Shown piece by piece: positions 1 to 11,330 of a stretch of 64,000 nucleotides of DNA. Every line of letters starts with the position of its first letter. Within the stretch, counting starts at the first letter, position 1. Below the pieces are notes generated by a model. That model did not search any database and was not told the DNA's origin. It saw only the letters and a list, made by a program, of their open reading frames with translations. This stretch comes from the human T2T-CHM13v2.0 reference genome, Homo sapiens. A program made the position numbers and the translations under genes. The stretch is taken from the NCBI RefSeq assembly GCF_009914755.1, contig NC_060929.1; one strand, given 5' to 3'.

Positions 1-388
1 GGTCACATGAATGAATTGAACTGTTGTGAATGTGGAGGACTTTATTGATGGTGGAATTGGCTCTTGGTGGAAAGGGAAGCTGAAAAGGGGGTGGAGTGGG
101 AAGATAATCTTTCCCTGGAGTCTAGCCGTTCCTGGCCAAACTCCTCTCCAACCATAGTCTCCAACATCCAGCTGCTGCTTCTCCTCTCAACATTCAGACC
201 CTTCTCTCTTCTGTGTGAGTCTCCTGAGTCTGGGGTCTGGGGCTCTTATGGGCACAGGATAGGGGGCAGGGCAGGGTAGGCCAAAAGGCAACATTCAGGT
301 GGGAAAACAGGGATAGTTCTTACTTTGGGCCACAGTTTCAGGCTTGAGGGGGGGCCCTCGCTGGGGAATCACCCTCCTGCCTCTATCA
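1..388 (-). mobile_element. ERV1-class LTR (MER52/LTR27/LTR28-like), truncated by window start
   Basis: Reverse complement begins TGATAGAGGCAGGAGG..CCCTCAAGCCTG..TGTTGCCTTTTGGCC..CCCCTATCCTGTGCCCATA, resembling the 5' end of this LTR group. Confidence 0.65.
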
Positions 389-527
389 TGGCGTCATCTA
401 CATGAATGACTCTTATAATGCTGAATGAAAAATCATGATTTTCCATGCCACATACAATATGATTAGAATATGTACAATATGTGTAATATACAATATGATT
501 CCATAAATATATTATTTTAAAACGTTA

Positions 528-1624
528 CAGTTATGCACCACAAAGACATTTTGGTCAATGATGGACCACATATACAATGGTGGTCTCATAAGATTAAAAT
601 AGAGATAAAAATTTCCTATCACCTAGTGACTTCTTGATCATCTTGACCCTATGTAGTCCTAGGCTAATGTGTATGTCTGTGTCTAACTTTTCAACAACAA
701 AAAAAAGCTTAAAAAATAAAAATAAAACATTTCTAAATAGAAAAAAAGCTGGCCAGGCATGATGGCTCACACTTGGCCATCATGCACTCTGGGAGGCCGA
801 GGCGGGTGGATCACGAGGTCAGGAGATCAAGACCATCCTCGCTAACACAGTGAAACCCAGTCTTTACTAAAAATACAAAAACTTAGCCAGGCGTAGTGGC
901 ACGCACCTGTAGTCCCAGCTACTCAGAAGGCTGAGTCAGAAGAATCTCTTGAACCCAGGAGGCGAAGGTTGCAGTCAGCCGAGGTCATGCCACTGCACTC
1001 CAGCCTGGGCAACTGAGTGAGACTCTGTCTCAAAAAAAAAAAAAAAAATGCTGATAAAGATATAAAGAAAATATTTTCATACAGCTATACAATGTGTCTT
1101 TTAAGCTAAGTGCTATTCCAAGAGTCAAAAGTTAAAAATTCAGCTTATAAAGTAAAAAAATTACAGTAAGCTAAGTTAAATTTATTACTGAAGAAATATT
1201 TTTATAAATTTAGCATAGCCTAAGTGTACAGTGTTTACTGTAGTAGTGTACAATAATGTCCTAGGCTTTCACACTCACTCAACACTGACTCACCTAGAGC
1301 AATCTCCAGTCCTGCAAGCTCCTTTGATGGTAAGTGCCATATACAGGTGTTTCATTATTTTTCATATCATATTTTTACTGTAATTTTTCTATGTTTAGAT
1401 ACACACGTACTTACCATTTTGTTACAATTGTAGTATTCAGTACAGTAACATGCTGTACAGTTGTATAGCCTAGGACCAATAGGCTCTACCATGTAGCCTA
1501 GGTGTGAAGTAGGCTATACCATCCATGTTTGTGTAAGTACACTCTATGATGTTTGCACAATGATGAAGTCACCTAATGATACATTTCTCAGAGCATACTC
1601 CCATTGTTAAGCAACTCATGACTC
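528..1624 (+). mobile_element. Tigger3-family DNA transposon remnant, interrupted by an Alu
   Basis: TA|CAGTTATGCACCAC...GGTCAATGATGGACCACATATAC start and ...CATTTCTCAGAGCATACTCCCATTGTTAAGCAACTCATGACT end match Tigger3 termini. Confidence 0.85.
751..1048 (+). mobile_element. Alu (AluSc/Y-like)
   Basis: Dimeric Alu, GGATCACGAGGTCAGGAGATC diagnostic, poly-A tail, AAAAAAAGCT-like TSD. Confidence 0.95.
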
Positions 1625-2466
1625 CCTATATATTGTTTAGGACACATAAATAAATCATAAAAGTATAAGGAGTGAGCATAGCAACCAAATTCAGAAGACC
1701 AATTACCTCTCGGAGGAAGATGGAATCAGGAAGGGGCTTCAATTGTATTGGCTTTATTTAATAGAGGGTGAGAAAACATATGCTTGTGGCATTATTCTTC
1801 ATACGTTTGTCTTAAATATTACTTAATAATTATCTAATTTTCAAACAAAACTATATACATAGAAACCAACATATTCATAGAAGATTTCTGCAAGGAATCA
1901 AAAAGAAACTAAGGACAACACTTGCCCTCAGAGAGTGAACTGGGGGCCTAGGGTGGAAGAAAGAGTCACCCTTCATTATTATACAGTTTGAATTATACTG
2001 TTTGAATTTACACCATGTGAAATGTTATTTTCAAAACAATAACAATTTTTCTAACAGCTTAGCAAAGAGGAGTCACTTGATGCTACCATCACAAGGGCTT
2101 TTGTGCTAATCGTGGTCTAGCTCATTGCCTCGTGTATCTAAGCAGTTAATGAGCTCAACTCCCCTTCTCAGGAAATGAGATGTTAACTCTGTAGAGTGAT
2201 ATGGGCCACAGATGTCATGAACTCAAGGCACATTAGTACCGCATTTCATTCTATGTGTAATATTTTGCCTCCATAAAATCCTGTGTATGTGATCTTACAA
2301 ACCTTCAGAAAAGCGAAAAGAATAATTTCAGTATACAGTCATGTTTCATTTAATGATGGTATATGCTCTGAGAAACATTTTTTTAGGTGATTTTGTCATT
2401 GTGTTCTTACACTAACCTGGATAGTATAGCCTACTACACATCTAAGTTATATGGTGTCATGCCAAG

Positions 2467-2858
2467 TGTCAGATTCCAACTAAGGTCCAAGGGTAGTTGG
2501 TGGAGTGGTGGGTAGCTGGAAAAACACTCAAAGAATCGTAGACAGTTTTGACATGGCTTTGTTCTATCTCTAGGTACAAGTAAGCCTGGGCACAAGCAAG
2601 CCATGGGCACAAGCGGTATGTACAGCATCAGCAGGGTAATTATATCTCTTGCAGACAACAGTGGCTCCAAGTCAAGCATAAGCTCATGTGAGTGATCACC
2701 TAATGCACCTTATGTGGTGTGCTTACATGACACACCTCATGTGGCGTGGTTACATAACATGCAGAGTTGTGCCCCTGTGCTCTAAACCCACTGAGTCATG
2801 CTGTGCCAGAAAGCCACCTCAGACTACTCCTGACTAAAGCACAGCCATCCGCCTTACA
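2467..2858 (-). mobile_element. LTR18-family 3' LTR of HERV-S/HERVL18 provirus
   Basis: Minus strand TGTAAGG..GGCTGTGCTTTAGTCAGGAGTAG...CTGACA; homologous to 5276-5576. Confidence 0.85.
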
Positions 2859-3266
2859 CCCACAAGGCCGAGGGCATCCTCCAGACAGGGACACATGCCC
2901 ATAGGGTGGAGTCCTGAATTCATAACCCACAACAATACAGACAGCAACAGTTCCAGATTATGGCAGGCAACCACTTCATGGTGACGTTACCCCAATGTTG
3001 CTTTATACATTAAGCCAGGTTTTTATTTCCCTACCTTTAGAAGCACTGGAGCAGGCAACAACAGGTTATGGTTCATTCCCATACCTGGTCAGAGGAACTC
3101 TTTCTTCCTTCCGTAAGTTTTGCCACGTGGCTTGACCCCACATAGGCCAGTGACCAACTAGCCACTTTTGTAACTTCTAGGTAGTTAACCACAAGGTTAA
3201 CCCTCGATAAACTGCCCAGCTATTGGTGCAGATCATTATAGGTGTCACCTCCTTGGTAATCACCAT

Positions 3267-3518
3267 TCATACCGCTCTAAGTTCAGCCCATTGGCTACTT
3301 TGCCCACCCCTGGTTTCAAACCATATGGTGTCAGTACTAGGTTGGACTGCAACAATGGTCCAGGCAGCAGTAGCACCTTGGCTAGACCCATCTGTGTACC
3401 ACGCCCCATCGGGAATGGGAGAACACTTCTTAAATGGTGAAGACTCAGGGTCTAGGGGTGCCTCAGGCCCCATGGCCTTATCTTGCATTAGGACTACAGG
3501 TCCCAAGACCTCTTGCAA
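3267..3518 (-). pseudogene. ERV pol RNase H fragment
   Basis: AWYTDGSSQG...GQSSQWAELRAV contains the retroviral RNase H D..E motifs. Confidence 0.85.
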
Positions 3519-4129
3519 CTGTTCTGCTAAGGGACTTTGTACTCAGCGTACTCTGCTGCTCTAAGTAGGTGCCCCACTTTGCTAAATTGGAATGTCTGTG
3601 CTTTCCCAGTCTCAGGGGTCATTATCCATGAATACACCCATCCCACTGTCGATGACTGTAGCCCATCTCATCATGCTCCCATGAGCCTGAAGGGCAGATA
3701 TACGCTACTAACTGCTTTCCCAGTCCAAGAGGTCATTATCCATGAATGCACCCACCCTGCTATTGGGTAAGTCATCCACACAACAACTGTAGCCTGTCCT
3801 GCCATGTTCTCAGGGGCCTGAAGGGCAGCATATGCAGTTACCAACAGCTTCTCTATCAGTGAATATCAGAGGTCAGCTCCCTACCATAGCTGGAACCAAA
3901 AACCCACTGGCATTCTGAAGCACTCCATGCACAATAGGCTCCAGCCAAAACTATCTGTGGTCACATACACATCCAGCTCAGGCTCCCCTGGTCAACTACC
4001 TGTAGGGCTTCTGCCTGCTAAATAGCCCACTTGGCTGCCAGGAAGGTGGTCTCAGCCACACCATCTTAATTCTAGGCAAGTAAAGCATTGCCACTTCTAA
4101 ATCTGCAAAAGGATTAGAGGTTACTATAA

Positions 4130-4374
4130 TATCATTAACAAGACCATGACATATGGTGGGGCTACACATATAGCCCTGTGGCAACACTGTGAAAGTCCAT
4201 TGTTGCCCTCCTGTGAAGGCAAACTATTACTGGCTCTCTGGAAAAGAATGTATTGGCCAAGTCCACTACACAGTGGTACTGTCCCAGCTCTGTCAAGTGG
4301 TCCATTGAGTCCATGATAGATGGCACAGCTGCCAAGCCATGTAAAATATCCACCCCCAGAAGGTATTTACACAC
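4130..4374 (-). pseudogene. ERV protease/reverse-transcriptase fragments (deleted, frameshifted)
   Basis: YLLGVDILHG, VVDLANTFFS and LPQGYMCSPTICHGLV motifs in adjacent minus frames; no YxDD evident. Confidence 0.8.
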
Positions 4375-5255
4375 ACAGAATGTACTTAAACTTTCACTTT
4401 CATTGACCAGCTTTCATAGCTGTCTATGCTGCCTTATCCGGAAACTTACACAGGTTCCCATAGACAAGGCTACAATCTGAGCTGGTACCTACCAGTGCCA
4501 GTGCCCACTGTACAAATTAAACAGAAAAGGCTCTACACCCCTGCCTGACTGCAGTACATAACCTTTGAACTGAAGCACCTGGGGGGGACCAGGTCATGCA
4601 GCAATGTCCTTCTCCCCGTTGGCCATTTTCTGGAATTGCTACTCCTGAGACAGCTGTCTCCACAAAGTTTAGAGTACTTCATTGGGCTGCTTATCAGTTT
4701 TCTCTCAGTCAACCCCAACCAAAATCAAATCTATCCACATTTGTGAGCATGTCACTCGTTGGGGCCCCCTTTTCTCCCATGGAGGGGGTCCCCTGAAGGT
4801 GGGGCATCTTCCCCTTCTTTACAGTGCAGACTTCTTTGTCCTGCCAATGGCTTCCTCAAAATCAGACCAAGTGGGGATCTCCAGCCGAGACGACAGACCC
4901 AGGCCTGCATTTACAGCAGCCTCTAATTCCTTTTCCAAGCTCTGTAGCCAGGCCTCCAGGCGCCCCACCTGCACCTGAAGGTCCCCATTCATGGCAGCTT
5001 CTAACTCTTTTTCTGAACTGTGGAGCCAGGCTTCCAGGGACCCACCTGTTCCTGGAGGGCCCCTACCTCTGCTGCATCCCTCAGAGAATGGGTGTGTACT
5101 ACTCATAGCGTAGTGAAAAACACCCATCCAACTCTGCCAGCAAAGGCTTGCTCCTTCTCAGTGCTCCGTGCTTCCAACTGCTTCAGCACCTTCTCTGTGC
5201 TCATCTACCACTGCCCAGGTTTCCACTGGAGCCCATCTGAGCAGCACAGCTCAGG

Positions 5256-5273
5256 ATCCTGTTCATGATGTCA
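5256..5273 (-). other. Primer-binding site, tRNA-Ser type
   Basis: TGACATCATGAACAGGAT, 2 nt downstream of the 5' LTR; 15/18 match to TGGCGTCACGAACAGGAT (complement of a tRNA-Ser(CGA) 3' end as I recall it); 2 of 3 mismatches are CpG-type. Confidence 0.75.
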
Positions 5274-5275
5274 AT

Positions 5276-5576
5276 TGTTAGGTTGTAACTAAAGTCCAAG
5301 GGGAGTCAGTGGCATAGTGGGTAGCTGGAAAAACACTCGAGGAATTGTAAAGAGTTTCAACATGCTTTTACTTTATCTCTGGGTGTGAGCAAGCCTGGTC
5401 ACAATCCTGGGCACAAGCCACAGGTGCAAGCTGCACGTACAATGTCAGCAGGGTAATTATGGTGTGGTTACATAATGTGTGGAGTTGTGCACCTGCGCTC
5501 CAAACCTGCTGAGTCACACTGTGCTGGAAAGCTGCCTCAGCCTACTCCTGACTAAAGTGCAGCTATCTCCCTTACA
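5276..5576 (-). mobile_element. LTR18-family 5' LTR (internally deleted)
   Basis: TGTAAGGGAGATAGCTGCACTTTAGTCAGGAGTAGG...TAACA; followed by PBS. Confidence 0.85.
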
Positions 5577-6610
5577 TATGATATAGTCTGTTGCTCCAAC
5601 CACCATTGTATATGTGGCCCATTGTTGACTGAAATGTCATTATGCAAAGCATGAGTATTATTTTGTGATAGTGACCATTAATATTTTTGGCCATGCAATG
5701 TAGTCTACTGCCATTTCAAATTTAGTGCATTTTAATTCAAAAAATGGTTATTGAGTTCCTACTGTATTAGAAACTAAGGTAGAAACATGAATAAGACACA
5801 AGCCCTGATCTCTAGAACAGAAGCTTGTATTCTAATGAAGTACAATTGGCCATACTTTATCTTCAAAACTAATAATCTGAACTTGTTTTGAGAGCAGATT
5901 CATCACCACTGCTTACATTTATCTTTCTTCAACCTATCAATGAATAGCAAGCATCTTCCAATATTACCTCCTTGTTTTCAAGGTGTGAGAAAATGTCCAT
6001 ACTATGTGAACAACTCACAAAGACAACTGAGCAGATGTGCACATTGATTAGCATTGCAATCAAATCTTACAACCAACTTGATCTGCCACACATTTGATGA
6101 TATGCATAATTGTTATCATGCCACCTGGTAATTAAGGATAATTGGTAAATAATTCATGTAAATTACTGTAATTGTTTCAGCTCCGCAGTTAAGCCAAGCA
6201 TTTCAAGGGTCAGCTGAGTGGAGTAAGAAGTAGTAAGTTGGCCCAACTGAAAACCCCCTGGATCAGCTAAGACAGAGGAACCCATGCCTTTACTTGCCCC
6301 ACTAAAGGCCTCCAACTATCTTGTTTCCCAGGAGCCCCAAGGTGATGGCTGCACCCACCCCACTTCCCACCACAGCTTCCCAACTCTGACACTTCCAAAA
6401 TTTACAGTTGAGCTTGGTTTCCCTTAGGTAGTGGAGTTTTCTCCTATTCATGAATGAAAAAATGGTCAACAAGGTTAACACAGACCTTGGGCTTTGAGCT
6501 AGAAGCTTGGACAGAAGGCAAAGGAAGACGATTAACTCCTTTCTCCAGCATTGTGAGGGCCAAACGTGGGTTTTCTAAGGGCTGTGGCTGCAGCTTCCTT
6601 TTACCGCTCT

Positions 6611-6980
6611 CTTTTTTCTTCAAATTTTAAGTTCCAGGGTACATGTACAGGATGTGCAGGTTTGTTACATAGGTAAATGTGTGTCATGGTGGTTTTCTGC
6701 ACAAATCAACCCATCACACCTAGGTTTAAAGCCCAGCACCCATTAGCTATACTTCCTGATGCTCTCCCCACCCCATGACAGGCCCCAGTATATGTTGTTT
6801 CCCTAACCCCATGTGTCCAAGTGTTCTCATCGTTCAGCTCCCACTTAGGAGAATATGCGGTGTTTGATTTTCTGTTTCAGCATTAGTTTGCTGAGGATAA
6901 CAGTTTCTAGCTCCATTCATGTTCCTGCAAAAGACATGATCTTATTCCTTTTTATGGCTGCTTAGTATTCCATGGTACCA
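6611..6980 (-). mobile_element. L1PA 3'-end fragment
   Basis: T-rich tail then TTAAGTTCCAGGGTACATGTACAGGATGTGCAGGTTTGTTACATAGG, L1PA 3'UTR antisense. Confidence 0.9.
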
Positions 6981-7989
6981 CTTCCTTTTTAAGGACAGGC
7001 CCTCATTAGGGAAAACTGTCAAAGAACAGAACAAAAAAAAAAGGCTTCTGCCTAAAGTTTCTCCTCTGAAATTCTCCAATTTGCAGACCAGTACTCTGGA
7101 AGTGTAAAGGGGGCCCTCAGTCATTTGCACCTTGCACCTCTGGGTGCTTTTGTTTACTCAGCTTGGTTTCCCTACCCAGCTAGGAGTAGAACAGTAGTGG
7201 GAACTCGATGGGGTTGTTGCTTATGAATCATAGGTGGGAAATCATCCTAAAGGAAAGGAATGTGGCAGAGAATAGGACCTAGGTGAGAGCAAAGTGGTGA
7301 CTGGGTGCCTTAGCAGCAGAGAAGCAAAGAGACTAAAATGTAGAAGAGAAACTGAAACACACCCACTCTTTGAAAAGAATATACACATTGGTACACACAA
7401 GCAGTAATAGAGTACGATTTCTGCCTTAATTTCATAGACTGAGCTTGTCTGCTTCTCAGCTCACTGTACAACAGAAAGCCATATGTGTGTCCTGTTTGCT
7501 GAAAAAGAAAGGGTCTCAGCAGGCCTGGGTCCCGGCAGCACTGAGGCGAGTGCAGGTCTTTCAGGTCTGTCCCAGTGCTCATCTGCTAATCCTTGTTATT
7601 ATCCCAGACTTGGAAAGTCTCTCTGCATGGTTAATCCATCCATGTATATGGACAGGGTTCTAGGAATATACTTCAAGTGCCTATTGCCTCTGGGCTCACA
7701 TCATTAATAATGCCAAGGAACATGCCTTTGTTTTTGATGCCTAATGGAAGAACTGCAGTGACCTAGAAGCCCACGGAAAGCCCTAAGGAAAGAATAACCT
7801 TTCCAGGAATGTTGGAAAGCACAGTCCTAGAATGCTGGAAAGGCAGTGAGATTGAGGGCAAAAAAGGGTTCAGATGAGTTGAGCTTATAGGACAGAAACA
7901 AGCATTGTCCCTCCATGAGAAGACACCAGAACCTGTTCTTATGGTCTCCTAGGCATGAACAGTAATGTGTTCACACAGAGCTACCAAAG

Positions 7990-8620
7990 ATTTCCTAAAG
8001 AACATTCATAAGAACACTAATTCTATGGGATGTTAGTAGGTTCAGCAATCAAATAAATTTGGGAGCCTCTGGTTTAAACCAATTTAAACTGGTTTTCTTA
8101 TTACAGGATGATACACTTTGGATCTGTGTCCCCACCAAATTTCATGCCAATTTGTAATTCCTAATGTTGGAGGGGCGGCCTAGTGAGAGGTGATTGGATC
8201 ATGGGGGCAGATTTCTCATAAATAGTTCAGCACCATCCTCTTGGTACCATCCTCGTGATCATGAATTCTTGAGAGATCTGGTTGTTTATAAGTGAGTGAC
8301 ACCTCCCTCTTCTTTCTCTTGCTCCTGCTCCTACCATGTGAGATGGCTCACTTCCTCTTTGCCTTCTGCCATGATTGGAAACTTCCTGAGGCCTCTCCCA
8401 GAAGCAGAAGCTGCTATGCTTTCCATACAGCCTGCAGAACCATGAGCCAATTAATCCTCTTTTCTTTATAAATTACCAAGTCTCAGATATTTCTTTACAG
8501 CAATGCGAGAATGGACTAACACACAGGACTTCTCAGAGCCTTTGATATGTCAATATATGTACACTGTGGAAATCCAAGCTAGGAAAAGAATAGGCACTGT
8601 TTCAAAAACTCATGTGATAA
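7990..8620. mobile_element. MER103C-like hAT remnant, split by MSTA
   Basis: GAACACTAATTCTATGGGATGTTAGTAGG..AAATAAATTTGGG..CAGGA|CTTCTCAGAGCCTTTGATATG. Confidence 0.6.
8109..8523 (+). mobile_element. MaLR solo LTR (MSTA-like)
   Basis: TGATACACTTTGGATCTGTGTCCCCACC...GGACTAACACA with 5-bp TSD CAGGA (8104-8108, 8524-8528). Confidence 0.9.
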
Positions 8621-9744
8621 GATAATTTTGTGAGATATCAGTGCATATTTTCTCCCTATGCTTTTCATTTTCCCTTTCACCATTAGAGAAAAAGGAAGGC
8701 TCTACTCTGTCTTGCCTCAGGGGAGAGGGATATCAGGGCTTCTTGATTCTTATTCCCAAATCAAAGAAGTTTGGAAGAGAGAGAAGGTTAGAGGTCTTAA
8801 GAGCAGAGACACACGCTCCCTATTCCCTAGTTTTTCCCAAAGGCAAATCTTTGGGGCTTCTAACCTCATCAAAGACCCTGTGCCCCAAGCACAGGACAGA
8901 GGCAGCAGCAAGCCCATCTGAAGGGACTGTGCAGGTTGTTATAGTGAGCATCTCCACAACAAGCACTGTGGGTAGCATTTCTCCATTCCTTGGCAATCGG
9001 TAAGACCACAGAATCTTGACACAACCCTTTGGAAGGAAAAGTTTGCCCAAGTTTGTCCGAGTTGAAATTTCCCATCAATCCGGAGGGATGGCAGATCAGA
9101 GCTAAAATCAGGTTGATTCATGAAAATAGAAGAATGTGATATTTCCCTGTATAATTAAGTTTGTGCACTGAGAGTCATATCTGCAGTGAGTATTGTCCAT
9201 GGAGCCTTTTTGTTGTTGCTGATTATCTCACTAGTTTTTTGCAGAACATACATAAGAATAATGCTGAGGTAGATTATCCCGTCTGAAAAGAGACAACCAC
9301 TGATCGATATTCTTGACTCAAGAACTGTTGCCTCTACAGAAAAGCTGTGATCTCTGAGTAAATCAGGAAGAGAATACCCAGAAGACCCAGAGGAAAGCAG
9401 GAGGTCCTTCAAGGAAATGTGTTGATGGAAATTGTGATGTTTGAGACCCCACTCTTTGAAGAAATAATTTTGAATGCCTAGAGAACAGCCAAAATTTTTA
9501 ACAAAAATCCTAGGAGACACCAAGTAGATGCACACTGGAAATAAAGGGAAACTTCAAGGTCAAAAGTTGCTCCTCCTAACTGCCCACTGAGCCAGCTTTG
9601 TTCAAGCCCATGAGTACCACACAAGGAGCAGAGCTCACTCCCTACATGCACCAGGGCCTTTTGGCTGTGGCCCTCCCTCACTCATAATATGAAGATTGAA
9701 CGTTGATGATCTTGAACACAGAATCTCTCTCCCTTTGTTTGTCT

Positions 9745-10330
9745 ATTGCACCATTCTTCACAATAGCCAAGATATAGAGTTGACCTAAGAGTCCATTCAC
9801 AGATGAAAGAATAAAGAAAAAGTGGTATATGTGCACAATGAAATACTGTTCAGCCTTTGAAAAGCAGGAAATCCTGTCATTTGTGACAACATGGATAAAC
9901 CTGGAGGACATTATGCTAAGTGAAATAAGCCAAGTAGAGAGAGACAAATACTGTATGCTCTCCCTTACATGTATTATAGAATCTAAAAAGGCTAAACTCT
10001 CAAAAGCAAAGAGTACAGTGGTGGTTGCTAGAGGCTGGCTAATGGTGGATGGGGGAATACAGACATATTGGCCAAAGGGTACAAAGCTTCAGTTAGACAG
10101 GAGAAATATATTTTTAACATCAATTGCACAGCGTGGTTACTATGGTTAATAAGAATGCATTATATACCTCAAAATTGCTAAGAAAGTAGGTTTTAAATGT
10201 TCTCATAACAAAAAATCATAAGTATTTGAGGTGATAGACATGTTAATTGGATAGATTTAATCACTCCACATTGAATATATAAATATTACATTATAATCCG
10301 TAAATATATACAATTATAATTTATCAATAA
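9745..10330 (+). mobile_element. L1MA-type 3' end
   Basis: ORF2 C-terminal-like ILSFVTTWINLEDIMLSEISQ and L1MA 3'UTR. Confidence 0.85.
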
Positions 10331-10332
10331 GA

Positions 10333-11330
10333 ATTTTTTATTTAACTGTTAAGTTCAGGGATACATATGCAGGTTTGTTATATAGGTAAGCTTGTATCAT
10401 GGGGTTTTGTTGTACAGATTATTTTATCACCCAGGTATTAAGCCTAGTACCCATTAGTTATTTTTTCTGATCCTTTCCCTCTTCCCACCCCACCCCGACA
10501 GGCCCCAGTGTGTGTTTTTCCCCACCATGTGTCCATGTGTTCTCATCGTTTAGCTCCCACTTATAAGTGAAAACATGTAGTGTTTGGTTTTCTGTACCTG
10601 TATTAGTTTGCTAAGGATAATGGCCTCCAACTCCACCCATGTTCCTGTAAAGGATGTCATCTCATTCTTTACGGCTGCACAGTATATGGTGTATACATAC
10701 ATTTTCTTTATCCAGTCTACCATTTATGGGCATTTGGATTGATTCCATGTCTTTGTGATTGTGCATAGTGCTGCAATGAACATATATATGCATGCATGCT
10801 TTATGATAGAATTATTTATATTCCTTTGGGTATATACCCAGTAATGGGATTGCTGGGTCAAATGGTTATTTGTTTTTAAGTCTTTGAGGAATCACCACAC
10901 TGTCTTCCACAATGGCTGAACTAACTTACACTCCCACCAACAGTGTATAAGCATCCATTTTTCCCTACAACCTCGCCAGCATTTGTTATCTTTTGGATTT
11001 TTAATAATAACCATTCTGACGGTGTGAGATGGTATCTCCTTGTGGTTTTGATTTGTGTTTCTCTAATGATCAGTGATGCTGAGCTCTTTTTCATATGATC
11101 GTTGGGCACATGTATATCCTGTTTTGCAAAGCATCTGTTCATGTCCTTTGCCTACTTTTTGTTTATTTGTTTTTGGTATTGCCAGACTGATCCATCGGTA
11201 GACATTTTGCCCACTCTTTAATAAGGTTGTTTGTTTTTTTCTTGTAGATTTATGTTCCTTATAGATGCTGGACATTAGACCTTTGTCAGAAGCATATTTT
11301 GTAAAAATCTTCTTCCATTCTGTAGTTGTC
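10333..11330 (-). mobile_element. L1PA(15/16)-like 3' fragment
   Basis: Antisense L1 3'UTR and ORF2 end (IIRETQIKTTRRYHLTP). Confidence 0.9.

Larger units (their letters stand above)
2859..5275 (-). mobile_element. Internally deleted ERVL (HERV-S/HERVL18) internal region with degraded gag/pro/pol
   Basis: Flanked by paired LTRs; RT motif LPQGYMCSP, RNase H WYTDGSS..QWAELRAV, protease-like LLGVDIL; only ~2.4 kb long. Confidence 0.85.
2336..5656 (-). mobile_element. Short Tigger3 (Tigger3a-like) split by the provirus; halves about 2336-2454 and 5577-5656
   Basis: CAGTCATGTTTCATTTAATGATGG..CTCTGAGAAA left half; GTTGACTGAAATGTCATTATGCAAAGCATGA right half; sequence rejoins across a TATGG/TATGA TSD. 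Confidence 0.75.

Noticed and set aside
8641-9535. Cluster of 60-126-aa ORFs in unique DNA
   Set aside because: Overlapping on both strands with no homology I can recognise; consistent with chance.
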